Shown piece after piece: positions 1-9,453 of a DNA stretch of 64,000 bases. The DNA is from a virus (lineage: Duplodnaviria; Caudoviricetes), in IMG/VR virus record IMGVR_UViG_3300032236_000300, positions 1,214-65,213 of that record; one strand, 5' to 3'. The first letter of the stretch is position 1, and each line of letters begins with the position of its first letter. Under the pieces are notes generated by a model that was not told the DNA's origin, made no database searches, and saw only the letters and a list, made by a program, of their open reading frames with translations. The position numbers were made by a program, and so were the translations under genes.

Positions 1-2
1 TT

Positions 3-611
3 AAGCGCGACTGGTGGAAGTGGTGGGAAGAAGACAATCCACCTGAGTGTGAATACATCTTGCAGTCGTGGGATACCGCGTTCGAGAAAAACAACCGTGC
101 TGACTATAGTGTTGGCACTACTTGGGGCGTGTTCACGCACCACAAAGATCACCAGAAATACCTGATTCTCCTTAACACCTACCGCAAGCGCGTGGAGTTT
201 CCTGAACTGAAAAAGGATGTCCTACGCGAGTACAACGACTATGAGCCCGACACTCTAATAGTAGAAAAGAAGGCGTCAGGTGCACCACTAATCTATGACT
301 TGCGTGCGATGGGTATTCCAGTTAGTGAGTACACGCCGGGTAAAGGTCAAGATAAATTTGCCCGATTGAACAGTGTCAGTGACATAATCGCCTCTGGCAA
401 AGTCTGGGTGCCACGTACAAGGTGGGCCGAAGAACTAGTTGACGAGATCGCTTCGTTCCCGTCAGGTGAGCATGACGACTTAGTTGACTCAACTACACTT
501 GCGCTGATGCGATTCAGGCAGGGTGGGTTTTTACGTCTTCCGGTGGATGAGCCAGAAGAGATCGAATGGTTTAAAGGCCGCCGCGCTTCTGAGCGGTACT
601 ATACAGTGTAA
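3..611 (+). CDS. terL: Terminase large subunit, C-terminal RNase H-like nuclease domain (5'-partial)
   Basis: Frame is open from base 3 (KRDWWKWWEEDNPPECEYILQSWDTA...). Motifs SWDTA, ADYS, IVEKKASG and FPSGEHDDLVDS are typical of terminase nuclease domains. Lies directly before the portal. Confidence 0.92.
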   Translation, partial: KRDWWKWWEEDNPPECEYILQSWDTAFEKNNRADYSVGTTWGVFTHHKDHQKYLILLNTYRKRVEFPELKKDVLREYNDYEPDTLIVEKKASGAPLIYDLRAMGIPVSEYTPGKGQDKFARLNSVSDIIASGKVWVPRTRWAEELVDEIASFPSGEHDDLVDSTTLALMRFRQGGFLRLPVDEPEEIEWFKGRRASERYYTV

Positions 612-620
612 GGACACGAT

Positions 621-3158
621 ATGGCAACAGGAATGATGGACAAGGGTTTGTATCAAGCCCCCCAAGGATTATCTGCCCTAGCAGAGCAGCCAGACATGGA
701 GATTGAGATAGAGGATCCAGAAGCTGTGCGTATTCACGCAGGTGATTTAGAAATAGACCTCGAAGCCAAAGACGGTAACGAAGAAGATTTTGATGCTAAC
801 TTAGCAGAGTTTGTAGACGAAAGCGTATTACAAAGTCTAGCAGGCGATTTAATCGAAGAGTTTGATAAAGACGTTGGCGATCGACGCGAGTGGCTGCAGA
901 CTTATATAGAGGGTCTGAAATTACTAGGGTTGAAGTACGAAGAGCGTACCGAGCCTTGGCAGGGCGCTTGTGGTGTGTTCCACCCGATGCTCACCGAATC
1001 TGTCGTCAGATTCCAGTCCGAAGCAATGATGGAGACATTCCCTGCGCAGGGGCCCGTCAAGACACAGATCGTAGGAGCCATCGACCTCCTAGCAGAAGAA
1101 GCCGCTGCTCGCGTGCGCGACGATATGAACTACCAGCTCACCGAGGTGATGACTGAGTACCGACCAGAGCATGAGAAGTTGTTGTGGAACTTGCCCATTG
1201 CAGGCTCTGCGTTCAAGAAGGTTTACTACGATCCAAGCAAGGGCCGTCAAGTAGCGGTGTTTATTCCGCCAGAAGACATCGTTGTCCCATACGGAGCGAA
1301 AGATTTGGAGAGCGCCGAGCGTGTTACACATGTGATGCGCAAGACCGAGAACGAGATGACCAGACTGCAGAAGTCTGGGTTTTATCTAGACGTAGAGCTT
1401 GGTGACCCATCGCATGAGTTGGATGAGATGGAGAAGGAGAAAGCCAAAGACCAAGGCTTCTCAGCAGTACAAGACGACCGCTACCGCGTGCTTGAGATGC
1501 ACGTCATGCTGGACTTGAAAGGCTATGAGCACAAGAATAAAAAAGGTGAGCCAACAGGCATAGCGTTGCCATATGTGGTTACAGTAGAGAAAGGCTCAAG
1601 AGAAATCTTATCCATCAGAAGGAACTGGTTAGAAGATGACAAACTCCATACCAAGCGACAACACTTCGTCCACTACCAATACATCCCCGGTTTTGGATTC
1701 TATGGTTATGGTCTTATCCACCTTATCGGAGGCTACGCGAAATCAGCAACCATGCTCATCCGCCAGCTTGTCGACGCAGGGACCTTGTCAAATCTCCCCG
1801 GAGGTCTTAAGTCGCGTGGACTTCGCATTAAGGGTGATGACACGCCGATTCAACCCGGCGAATTCAGGGACGTAGATGTACCAAGTGGCAGTATCCGCGA
1901 CAACATACTGCCGCTTCCATACAAAGAACCATCGCAGGTTCTGTTCACACTATTCCAGAACATAGTCCAAGAAGGCCGCGCATTTGCCTCATCAGGTGAT
2001 GTGAAGGTCAGTGACATGAATAGCCAAGCCCCAGTGGGTACAACACTGGCTATTTTGGAACGCACATTGAAGGTGATGACGGCTGTTCAGAGCCGACTGC
2101 ACTACTCGATGAAGCAAGAGTTCAAGCTCTTGAAGGCCATCATTGCAGACTACACACCAGAAGACTACGACTACACACCAGAAGAAGGCGACCGTCAAGT
2201 CAAACAGTCTGACTACCATCAGACAGACGTGATCCCCGTGAGTGATCCAAACGCCGCAACAATGGCGCAGAAGATTACTCAATACCAAGCCGTCCTACAA
2301 CTTGCGCAAACTGCACCTCAGTTGTATGACTTGCCACTCCTACACCGCCAGATGATTGAAGTCTTGGGGGTTAAGAACGCGGCAAAGCTTGTGCCTACCG
2401 AAGATGATGCTGAGCCAGTTGACCCAGTACAAGAGAACCAAGATTTGCTTACTGGCAAGCCAGTCAAAGCATTTATTGAGCAAAACCACGAAGCCCACAT
2501 TAAGGTGCACTTGGCGGCTATCCAAGACCCCAAGATCCAACAACTTATGCAGATGAATCCACAAGCTCAAGCTATACAAGCTGCGGCTATGGCACACATC
2601 AACGAGCATATTGCGTTCGAATATCGCAAGCAAATGGAGCAGTCTATGGGTATGGCGTTACCCGTAAAAGACGAAAACACGGACAAACCCAAACGTGTCT
2701 CCCCAGAAATGGCAGAGCAAATTGCTATCAAAGCTGCACAAGCTGCACAACAGCTGCTACAGCAGAACCAGCAACAAGCTCAACAGCAGCAAAACCAACA
2801 GCAGATGCAAGACCCAGTGGTCCAAATGCAAATGCAAGAGTTGCAACTCAAGCAGCAAGACCTCAAGCTCAAGGAACAGAAACAGGCTATCGATGCAGCA
2901 GAAAAAGCAGATCGCTTACGCATTGAAGAAGCCCGTATCCAAGCGCAAATGCAGATCGCTGCTATGCAAGTTGGTGCCCAATCTGCCGCGAAACGCGACC
3001 AGTTGGAAAAGCAACAGCACACTGAAGGTGTACGTATGGGCATAGACGCTGCCAAACATAAAGCGCAGATGGCTACCCAGCAACGCACTGCTCAGATGCA
3101 AATGGCGGCACAACAACGTGCTCAGCAAAAACAGCAGCCCAAGAAGGGAGATAAATGA
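621..3158 (+). CDS. Portal protein with long Gln-rich coiled-coil C-terminus
   Basis: 845 aa, after terL. Motifs HPMLTESVVRFQ, LPIAGSAFKKVYYD and GFYGYGLIHLIGG are typical of podoviral portals. Confidence 0.88.
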   Translation: MATGMMDKGLYQAPQGLSALAEQPDMEIEIEDPEAVRIHAGDLEIDLEAKDGNEEDFDANLAEFVDESVLQSLAGDLIEEFDKDVGDRREWLQTYIEGLKLLGLKYEERTEPWQGACGVFHPMLTESVVRFQSEAMMETFPAQGPVKTQIVGAIDLLAEEAAARVRDDMNYQLTEVMTEYRPEHEKLLWNLPIAGSAFKKVYYDPSKGRQVAVFIPPEDIVVPYGAKDLESAERVTHVMRKTENEMTRLQKSGFYLDVELGDPSHELDEMEKEKAKDQGFSAVQDDRYRVLEMHVMLDLKGYEHKNKKGEPTGIALPYVVTVEKGSREILSIRRNWLEDDKLHTKRQHFVHYQYIPGFGFYGYGLIHLIGGYAKSATMLIRQLVDAGTLSNLPGGLKSRGLRIKGDDTPIQPGEFRDVDVPSGSIRDNILPLPYKEPSQVLFTLFQNIVQEGRAFASSGDVKVSDMNSQAPVGTTLAILERTLKVMTAVQSRLHYSMKQEFKLLKAIIADYTPEDYDYTPEEGDRQVKQSDYHQTDVIPVSDPNAATMAQKITQYQAVLQLAQTAPQLYDLPLLHRQMIEVLGVKNAAKLVPTEDDAEPVDPVQENQDLLTGKPVKAFIEQNHEAHIKVHLAAIQDPKIQQLMQMNPQAQAIQAAAMAHINEHIAFEYRKQMEQSMGMALPVKDENTDKPKRVSPEMAEQIAIKAAQAAQQLLQQNQQQAQQQQNQQQMQDPVVQMQMQELQLKQQDLKLKEQKQAIDAAEKADRLRIEEARIQAQMQIAAMQVGAQSAAKRDQLEKQQHTEGVRMGIDAAKHKAQMATQQRTAQMQMAAQQRAQQKQQPKKGDK

Positions 3159-3349
3159 GTGAACAAGCGCTAAGACATGTCGCTAAGGAGTTCGACAAGC
3201 TCCGAGCCGACCAAATTACCTTCCTCGCAGGAGGAGGTGCAAAAGATTTCGCCGAGTATCGGCACGTCTGCGGTGTCATCCGGGGTCTGACACATGCGGA
3301 ACAACTTGTCAAAGACCTTGTGCAAAAAATGGAGTATTCCGATGAGTGA
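3155..3349 (+). CDS. Small hypothetical head-module protein
   Basis: 64 aa, ATGA overlap with the portal stop; YRHVCGVIRGL helix. Confidence 0.7.
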   Translation: MSEQALRHVAKEFDKLRADQITFLAGGGAKDFAEYRHVCGVIRGLTHAEQLVKDLVQKMEYSDE

Positions 3350-3752
3350 GTTTGATGTATCCGCTGTAGACCTTTCTGGCATTCTTAACCAGAGCGCCGA
3401 AGAGAAAGCAAAGCAGTTGCCCGATCCCAAAACCTATTACATCTTGACCGTTGTCCCAGAGGCGATGGAAGAGTTTGCTGATAGTGATACAGGGATTATT
3501 AAATCCAGTCAGACCATGCACTATGAAGAAGTACTGACCCCAGTGCTATTTGTTGTGAAGTTGGGTCCAGACTGCTACAAAGACGCTACCCGTTTCCCAA
3601 GCGGACCCAGCTGCCAAGAAGGTGACTTTGTCATCTGCCGTCCCAATTCAGGCACCCGCTTGAAAATCCACAACCGAGAGTTCCGAATCATTTCGGATAC
3701 ATGTGTTGAGGCTGTTGTGCAAGACCCACGCGGTATCCAACGCGCTGCTTAA
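3342..3752 (+). CDS. GroES-like co-chaperonin
   Basis: Start reassigned to ATG 3342. The pattern PDPKTYYIL...GII...VVKLGP...EGDFV...G......EFRII.D.. matches the Cpn10 fold. Confidence 0.75.
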   Translation: MSEFDVSAVDLSGILNQSAEEKAKQLPDPKTYYILTVVPEAMEEFADSDTGIIKSSQTMHYEEVLTPVLFVVKLGPDCYKDATRFPSGPSCQEGDFVICRPNSGTRLKIHNREFRIISDTCVEAVVQDPRGIQRAA

Positions 3753-3762
3753 GGAGTAAATC

Positions 3763-4764
3763 ATGCCATTACCAGAGTTTAAAGATGGGAAGTTTGTTTC
3801 CGATGGGGAACTAGAAGACGCCCAAAACACTATTGAAGACGATAAGTTTGAAGTAGATATTGAAGACGATACACCGCCAGAAGATCGCCGCCGCAAGCCC
3901 GATCCAGAAGGCCCTCCCGCCGACCCGACAGAAGAAGAGTTGTCGAGCTACGACGAGAAGGTGCAGTCGCGTATTAAGAAGTTCACCCGTGGTTACCACG
4001 ATGAACGCCGAGCAAAAGAAGAAGCCCTACGCGAGCGCAAAGCGGCAGAAACCTTTGCTAAACAAGTATTTGAAGAAAACAAACGTCTTCAAAAACAACT
4101 AGCTGATGGCAGCAAAGTATTCATTGAGCAATCTCAATCATCTGCGGACTTAGAGTTGGCAAGCGCCAAAAAGAAGTACAAAGAGGCTTATGAGAACGGC
4201 GATGTAGACGCTATTGCCGATGCTCAAGCAGAGATTGCTAAAGCAACTTTGAAGTTGGATAGAGCTCAAGGGCTAAAACCTATCGAAGTTGAAGAACGTA
4301 ATTTTGTCCCTGCTAAGTCAGATGAACCTCAGATTACTCCTCGTACCCAAAAGTGGATTAAAGCCAACAGCGACTGGTGGGGAGTAGATGAAGAGATGAC
4401 TATGGCTGCTATGGGGCTTGACAAAAAGTTAACTAAAGAGTATGGTGCGAACTATGTAGGTACTGAAGAGTACTTCAAAACCATCGATAAAACGATGCGC
4501 AAAAGATTTCCTGAGCATTTTGAAGATGCTCAGAGCTATGAGGATGACGAGCCGCCTCCAAGAAAAAGATCGTCAGAACCGGTTGATGAGGATGATGAAC
4601 CCCCACGCCGTGCAAAACCAGCGTCTGTAGTAGCTCCGGCTTCACGCAGCACGCCGCCAACGCGTATCCGACTTAAGGCATCTGAAGCTGCGATTGCTCG
4701 CCGCCTTGGTGTCCCGATCGAAGAATATGCGAAACAGGTTGCTCAACTAAAGAGAGGTAATTGA
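3763..4764 (+). CDS. Probable capsid scaffolding protein
   Basis: Acidic, coiled-coil 333 aa upstream of the capsid genes; C-terminal IARRLGVPIEEYAK helix. Confidence 0.6.
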   Translation: MPLPEFKDGKFVSDGELEDAQNTIEDDKFEVDIEDDTPPEDRRRKPDPEGPPADPTEEELSSYDEKVQSRIKKFTRGYHDERRAKEEALRERKAAETFAKQVFEENKRLQKQLADGSKVFIEQSQSSADLELASAKKKYKEAYENGDVDAIADAQAEIAKATLKLDRAQGLKPIEVEERNFVPAKSDEPQITPRTQKWIKANSDWWGVDEEMTMAAMGLDKKLTKEYGANYVGTEEYFKTIDKTMRKRFPEHFEDAQSYEDDEPPPRKRSSEPVDEDDEPPRRAKPASVVAPASRSTPPTRIRLKASEAAIARRLGVPIEEYAKQVAQLKRGN

Positions 4765-5261
4765 TTATGGAACAAGCACAAGTGAAAACTAGTGAGAAGA
4801 CAAACCGCTTGGCTCGTGAACTCGAGTCACGTGAAGTAGCAGATTCGCGTTTTGCGATGAAGCGACCAACACACTGGCGGCGTCCAGAATCTTTACCTAG
4901 CCCAGATGATCGTCCCGGGTGGAAACACCGTTGGATTCGTATCAGCATGATGGGCTCTCCTGATCCGAAGAATATTTCTTCTAGCTTCCGCGAGGGTTAT
5001 GAGCCCTGCAAGGCAGAAGATTATCCTGAGATGATGATGCACGCTACCGAGGAAGGCCGCTTTAAGGGTGGTATTGAAATCGGTGGGCTGTTGTTATGCC
5101 GTACTCCATCCGAGTTTCTTGTTCAACGGGCTAAGTTTTACGAAGACCAGAACAAGGCAAATATGGAATCAGTTGACAACAATTTCATGAGAGATAGTGA
5201 TCCTCGTATGCAGAAGTTTGCTGAAAGGCAGACCAAAGTTACGTTCGGTTCTGGTACTTAA
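4761..5261 (+). CDS. Hypothetical head-module protein
   Basis: GWKHRWIR...REGYEP...GGLLLC motifs; lies between scaffold and capsid genes. Confidence 0.65.
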   Translation: MIMEQAQVKTSEKTNRLARELESREVADSRFAMKRPTHWRRPESLPSPDDRPGWKHRWIRISMMGSPDPKNISSSFREGYEPCKAEDYPEMMMHATEEGRFKGGIEIGGLLLCRTPSEFLVQRAKFYEDQNKANMESVDNNFMRDSDPRMQKFAERQTKVTFGSGT

Positions 5262-5281
5262 ACTTTTTAAAGGAGTCTTAA

Positions 5282-6124
5282 ATGGCTTATCCCACGGTCT
5301 CGGCCCCCTACGGCCTAAAACCGATCAACCTGATCGGAGGACAGGTATTCGCAGGTTCTACCCGTGAAATACCTATTCAGTACGGTGAAGCTACGAGCAT
5401 TTACTATGGCGATTTTGTCAAAGTAGCTCAAGGTTTTGCTCAACGTCTCGCAGTTTCTACTGGCGGTGGCGCTTCTGGAATGGTCGGAGTTTTCTTAGGA
5501 TGCTCTTACACCAACCCATTGACAAAGCAAAAGACATTTGCTCAATACTGGCCCGGCAGCACGCTGGCTGGTGATGCAGTGGCTATTGTTTGTGATGATC
5601 CTGATACTGTGTTCAAAGCAGTTGTTTGCTCATCTGGTACTACAGTCGCATCTGGCAGCTATGCCATGATCGGTCAAAACTACCAAATGATTAACACTGT
5701 AGGTAGCACCGCAACAGGCAATTCATCTAACGCTTTGTTGTACTCTGCAACTTTGACTACTAGCACATTCCCAATGCGTGTCGTTGGTGTTGTGCCTGAC
5801 ACAGCATCTGCTGTTTCTGCAACAGGTAGCTCATCTTCTACAACTATTACCTTGACTGGCTCTGGCTTGCCTAGCGCTATCGTTGCTGGTACTGACGTGT
5901 CGTATGTAGCTTCTAATGGTCAAATCGTTCGTACTGGTTCTTTTGTAACTACTGCAGCTTCTGCAGGTTCTACAAGCGTGACCATCAACGTGGCAACCAC
6001 TTCATTGGGATTAACGGCAACGACTATCCCGTCCGGCTCAACCATCGTGTTTACTCAAATCCCAGAGATGCTCGTCAAGATCAACTTTGGTATCCATGAG
6101 TACTACTACGCTACTGCAATCTAA
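5282..6124 (+). CDS. Probable capsid decoration/minor capsid protein
   Basis: Strong RBS (AAGGAG); Ser/Thr/Gly-rich beta protein directly before the major capsid gene. Confidence 0.55.
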   Translation: MAYPTVSAPYGLKPINLIGGQVFAGSTREIPIQYGEATSIYYGDFVKVAQGFAQRLAVSTGGGASGMVGVFLGCSYTNPLTKQKTFAQYWPGSTLAGDAVAIVCDDPDTVFKAVVCSSGTTVASGSYAMIGQNYQMINTVGSTATGNSSNALLYSATLTTSTFPMRVVGVVPDTASAVSATGSSSSTTITLTGSGLPSAIVAGTDVSYVASNGQIVRTGSFVTTAASAGSTSVTINVATTSLGLTATTIPSGSTIVFTQIPEMLVKINFGIHEYYYATAI

Positions 6125-6136
6125 GGAGTAACTTAA

Positions 6137-7048
6137 ATGGCTATTTCACGCGCACAACTACTTAAGGAACTCCTGCCCGGCTTGAACGCATTGTTCGGTC
6201 TTGAGTATGCTCGCTACGGCGAAGAGCACAAAGAGATCTACGAAACAGAGACATCTGAGCGTTCTTTCGAAGAGGAAACTAAACTGTCTGGCTTCTCAGC
6301 CGCTCCTGTCAAGAATGAAGGCTCTGCCATCGCTTATGACAATGCGCAAGAGGCATGGACTACTCGCTATAACCACGAAACCATTGCTTTGGGTTTCTCA
6401 ATCACTGAAGAAGCGATTGAAGATAACTTGTACGACAGCTTGTCTGCTCGCTACACCAAAGGTTTGGCTCGCGCTATGGCTTACACCAAGCAAGTCAAGG
6501 GTGCATCAGTATTGAACAACGGCTTCTCTGCCCAATACGTTGGCGGTGATGGCGTATCTTTGTTCTCTACAGCACACCCCTTGGTCAACGGTGGCACCAA
6601 CAGCAACACTCCATCTACTCAAGCTGACTTGAACGAGACTTCTTTGGAAGCCGCCGTTATCCAGATCGCTGCTTGGACAGACGAGCGTGGCCTCTTGATC
6701 GCTGCTAAGCCCAAGAAGTTGATTATTCCTCCAGCACTCCAGTTCGTTGCAACCCGCTTGCTCGAAACTAAGTTGCGCGTTGGAACAAACAACAACGACA
6801 TCAACGCTATCGAGAACAACGGTTCTATTCCAGAAGGCTGGACTATCAACCACTTCTTGACCGACGTTAATGCTTGGTTCTTGACTACAGACGTGCCTAA
6901 CGGTTTGAAGCACTTCGTTCGTACCCCACTGCAAAACAGCATGGACGGCGACTTCGACACCGGCAACGTGCGCTACAAGTCACGTGAGCGTTACAGCTTC
7001 GGCTGGTCTGATCCATTAGGCGTTTTTGGCTCTTCTGGTTCGTTCTAA
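6137..7048 (+). CDS. Major capsid protein (Mu gpT-like, HK97 fold)
   Basis: N-terminus MAISRAQLLKELLPGLNALFG, internal GGDGVSLFSTAHP, C-terminus DFDTGNVRYKSRERYSFGWSDP; strong RBS; followed by a terminator. Confidence 0.88.
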   Translation: MAISRAQLLKELLPGLNALFGLEYARYGEEHKEIYETETSERSFEEETKLSGFSAAPVKNEGSAIAYDNAQEAWTTRYNHETIALGFSITEEAIEDNLYDSLSARYTKGLARAMAYTKQVKGASVLNNGFSAQYVGGDGVSLFSTAHPLVNGGTNSNTPSTQADLNETSLEAAVIQIAAWTDERGLLIAAKPKKLIIPPALQFVATRLLETKLRVGTNNNDINAIENNGSIPEGWTINHFLTDVNAWFLTTDVPNGLKHFVRTPLQNSMDGDFDTGNVRYKSRERYSFGWSDPLGVFGSSGSF

Positions 7049-7050
7049 TA

Positions 7051-7077
7051 AAAAGGGGGTCACAAGCCCCCTTTTTT
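7051..7077 (+). terminator. Rho-independent terminator after the capsid gene
   Basis: aaaaGGGGGtcacaagCCCCCtttttt: hairpin plus U-tract. Confidence 0.75.
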
Positions 7078-7078
7078 G

Positions 7079-7106
7079 TTGACACCATAGAAATATGGTG
7101 TATATT
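7079..7106 (+). promoter_or_regulatory. Sigma70-like promoter overlapped by a palindrome
   Basis: TTGACA (7079-84), 16-nt spacer, TATATT (7101-06). Inverted repeat ACACCATA-gaaa-TATGGTGT at 7082-7101. Confidence 0.6.
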
Positions 7107-7112
7107 CCAAAT

Positions 7113-7186
7113 ATCTGGGTGACCCGCTTTACCACCACTGCCCCAGCAGACGATGCAACGATCGGTAAGGCTCTTTTGCATAAGGA
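7113..7186 (+). ncRNA. Structured RNA downstream of the gpT-like capsid gene (Mu-gpT-DE motif-like)
   Basis: Three crossing helices: 7115-19/7142-46, 7126-33/7164-71 and 7153-58/7176-81. Context matches the described Mu-gpT-DE motif. Confidence 0.65.
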
Positions 7187-7192
7187 AAAATT

Positions 7193-7906
7193 ATGGCACG
7201 CGCAACCTTTGACGGCCCGATACTAGCGGGCGACTATCGCTTTGGACCACTTCGCAATGTCGGTTATGCCGATATGGTTCAAGAAGCAGATATGGATTTA
7301 ACAGTTACAAGTAACGGCTCCTCCAACTATGGTGGTGGATCCACGCAGTTTGTTAACTGCAACCAGATTCCTAACTTAAATGCGGTTGTTTACAACCCAT
7401 CTGCATCTACATACCCCGCTGTAGCGCAGGCTATTCCTGCTGACACAGCTACAAACATCTATCGCGGCGCGGTGATGTATTTGCCTTATGGTTCTGCAAT
7501 CAATGACATTTTTATTGATATTGGTGTTGTCCCCGCAGTTGCCGCAGGTACCTTGACATCAGCCACAGTTTATGTTTCTAACAACTACACTGCCGCCGCT
7601 GGTACAGCTGCATACGCAAATACCGCAGTTCTAACCTCTCCAGCAGTTGGTCGCCAGTCTTTGGCTACCTTTACTGCAACACAGTTAGCAAACCAAGCTG
7701 CAACTTCTAGAGACATTTTGTACACACCAAGTGCTAGTAGCGGCCCTAACTCTACTTCTATGTCACAAGTGGTGTTTACGATTGCTTTAGTTGGTACAAG
7801 CATGACAACCATTTCTGGTGGCTTGTTCTACTTCACATTGCGCTACACACAACTTGATGGCAACATCGGTACAACCACAACTTACCCATACGGTAACTTT
7901 GATTAA
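7193..7906 (+). CDS. Hypothetical virion structural protein
   Basis: 237-aa Ala/Thr-rich beta protein with RBS AAGGA. Confidence 0.6.
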   Translation: MARATFDGPILAGDYRFGPLRNVGYADMVQEADMDLTVTSNGSSNYGGGSTQFVNCNQIPNLNAVVYNPSASTYPAVAQAIPADTATNIYRGAVMYLPYGSAINDIFIDIGVVPAVAAGTLTSATVYVSNNYTAAAGTAAYANTAVLTSPAVGRQSLATFTATQLANQAATSRDILYTPSASSGPNSTSMSQVVFTIALVGTSMTTISGGLFYFTLRYTQLDGNIGTTTTYPYGNFD

Positions 7907-7911
7907 TTAGC

Positions 7912-7933
7912 GGGGGCTTCGGCCCCCTTCTTT
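7912..7933 (+). terminator. Terminator with C(UUCG)G tetraloop
   Basis: GGGGGC-TTCG-GCCCCC-ttcttt. Confidence 0.7.
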
Positions 7934-7947
7934 AAAGGAAATTAATC

Positions 7948-8436
7948 ATGATGCAAACCGACGTCAAATCCACGCATATTATGGTGGGTACTTCTGGGTT
8001 AGTTTTTGCTAACCGCACCCGATTAAAAGGTGCTGTTGTATCCAACACTACTTCTGGCACACCCGCTAACGTAGCTTTTGCTAGTAATGTCAGCGTGAGT
8101 GGCACATACACCACTTCTACTACGACCTGTACCATAACTGTGTCTACTGGGCATGGACTTTCCACAGGCAATAGAGTATTGGTAGTTTTTACTAGCGGTA
8201 CAAACCCAACCGGACCTTATACAGTTACTGTTAGCAGTGCAACTGTTTTTACGGTAACTGTGCCTTCTAGTTCACAAACTGGAAACGCAACTGTGTACCC
8301 AACCATTCTGATGGAAATTGACATCACAAACAGCGTTCCTGTTAATGTCATCGTGCCGGGCGAAGGTATCTTGGCACCCGATGGTATTTACTGTGGTGTT
8401 CCAACAAACATTGCAGCTACGGTGTTCTATGGCTAG
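7948..8436 (+). CDS. Hypothetical virion protein with inserted beta module
   Basis: TITVSTGHGLSTGNRV...GPYTVTVSSATVFTVT module, also seen in 22658..24991. Confidence 0.6.
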   Translation: MMQTDVKSTHIMVGTSGLVFANRTRLKGAVVSNTTSGTPANVAFASNVSVSGTYTTSTTTCTITVSTGHGLSTGNRVLVVFTSGTNPTGPYTVTVSSATVFTVTVPSSSQTGNATVYPTILMEIDITNSVPVNVIVPGEGILAPDGIYCGVPTNIAATVFYG

Positions 8437-8740
8437 TCCCGCATGGACACGCAAGGAAGGCAAGAACCCGAATGGCGGCCTGAACGCCAAGGGGCGAGCC
8501 TCTGCGAAGAAAGAAGGGCACAACTTGAAACCGCCGCAACCAGAGGGCGGATCAAGGCGCGACTCTTTCTGCGCAAGGATGAGTGGAATGAAGAAGAAGT
8601 TAACATCCTCAAAAACAGCGAACGACCCGAACTCTAGGATTAACAAAAGTCTTAGAGCATGGAACTGTGCTGATGGCGGGTATATTAAGTCTGCAGACGG
8701 CATAGCTCAAAAGGGTAAAACCAAAGGTAGGGTTTGCTAA
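8429..8740 (+). CDS. Small basic protein (DUF6321-like, from memory)
   Basis: Start reassigned to ATG 8429; MASPAWTRKEGKNPNGGLNAKGRAS...RRDSFCARM. Confidence 0.7.
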   Translation: MASPAWTRKEGKNPNGGLNAKGRASAKKEGHNLKPPQPEGGSRRDSFCARMSGMKKKLTSSKTANDPNSRINKSLRAWNCADGGYIKSADGIAQKGKTKGRVC

Positions 8741-8973
8741 TGGAAATGGTTATCTGGAATTCGATCTTGTCTGCTTTTTCCGCTATCCTGATGTGGGTGT
8801 GGAAAGATAAATCGGATGAACTAAAGCGGGTAGAAATCCTACTCAATCGCACACGCGAGGAGGTCGCACGTGACTACGCAACTAATTCAGAAGTTCAAAG
8901 AATTACTGACCATATTGACCAACGCTTTAACAAACTTGAAGCAAAAATTGACCAGCTTATTGCGGGGAAATGA
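8740..8973 (+). CDS. Small membrane-anchored coiled-coil protein
   Basis: Hydrophobic N-terminus, then a heptad pattern; TAATG coupling to the upstream gene. Confidence 0.65.
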   Translation: MEMVIWNSILSAFSAILMWVWKDKSDELKRVEILLNRTREEVARDYATNSEVQRITDHIDQRFNKLEAKIDQLIAGK

Positions 8974-9443
8974 TGCCGAGCGTAAGTAAGAAGCAACACA
9001 ATTTCATGGCTGCGGTGGCTAATAACCCAGCGTTTGCCAAGAAAGCTGGTGTCCCTCAGTCCGTAGGTGAAGAGTTCACTAAAGCTGATAAGACTGCCGG
9101 TGTTAAGGGTGGGACGCGCGAGCGGCCTGATTTACAGAAAGTGAATGAGGCAAAAACTCTTCACGGCAAGACGGAACTTTTCAAAAAAGGAGGCCTTATG
9201 GCTACGAAGAAAATGGGTATGGGTGGCGACACCACTGGAATGAGCGCTAACAAGCAAAGCAAGGGCATTACCAAAGAATCTATGGGCAAGGTTCGCACCG
9301 CTGCTCCTAGCAAAGATGGTATTGCTGAGAAAGGTAGAACCAAAGGTATGCAAGTCAAAATGGCTGGCAACTCAGTTGGTAATGGTCCAGCAACCTTAAC
9401 TCATGGCACCTACAAGCGTGGTGGCATGACTAAGAAAAAATAA
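8970..9443 (+). CDS. Lys/Gly/Met-rich basic protein
   Basis: MPSVSKKQHNFMAAVA...; several xxGG motifs; possible internal start at 9198. Confidence 0.7.
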   Translation: MMPSVSKKQHNFMAAVANNPAFAKKAGVPQSVGEEFTKADKTAGVKGGTRERPDLQKVNEAKTLHGKTELFKKGGLMATKKMGMGGDTTGMSANKQSKGITKESMGKVRTAAPSKDGIAEKGRTKGMQVKMAGNSVGNGPATLTHGTYKRGGMTKKK

Positions 9444-9453
9444 GGAGATCAAC

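Noticed and set aside
2740-3140. CAG/CAA-rich tract as a DNA repeat element
   Set aside because: Explained by the Gln-rich coiled coil of the portal C-terminus.
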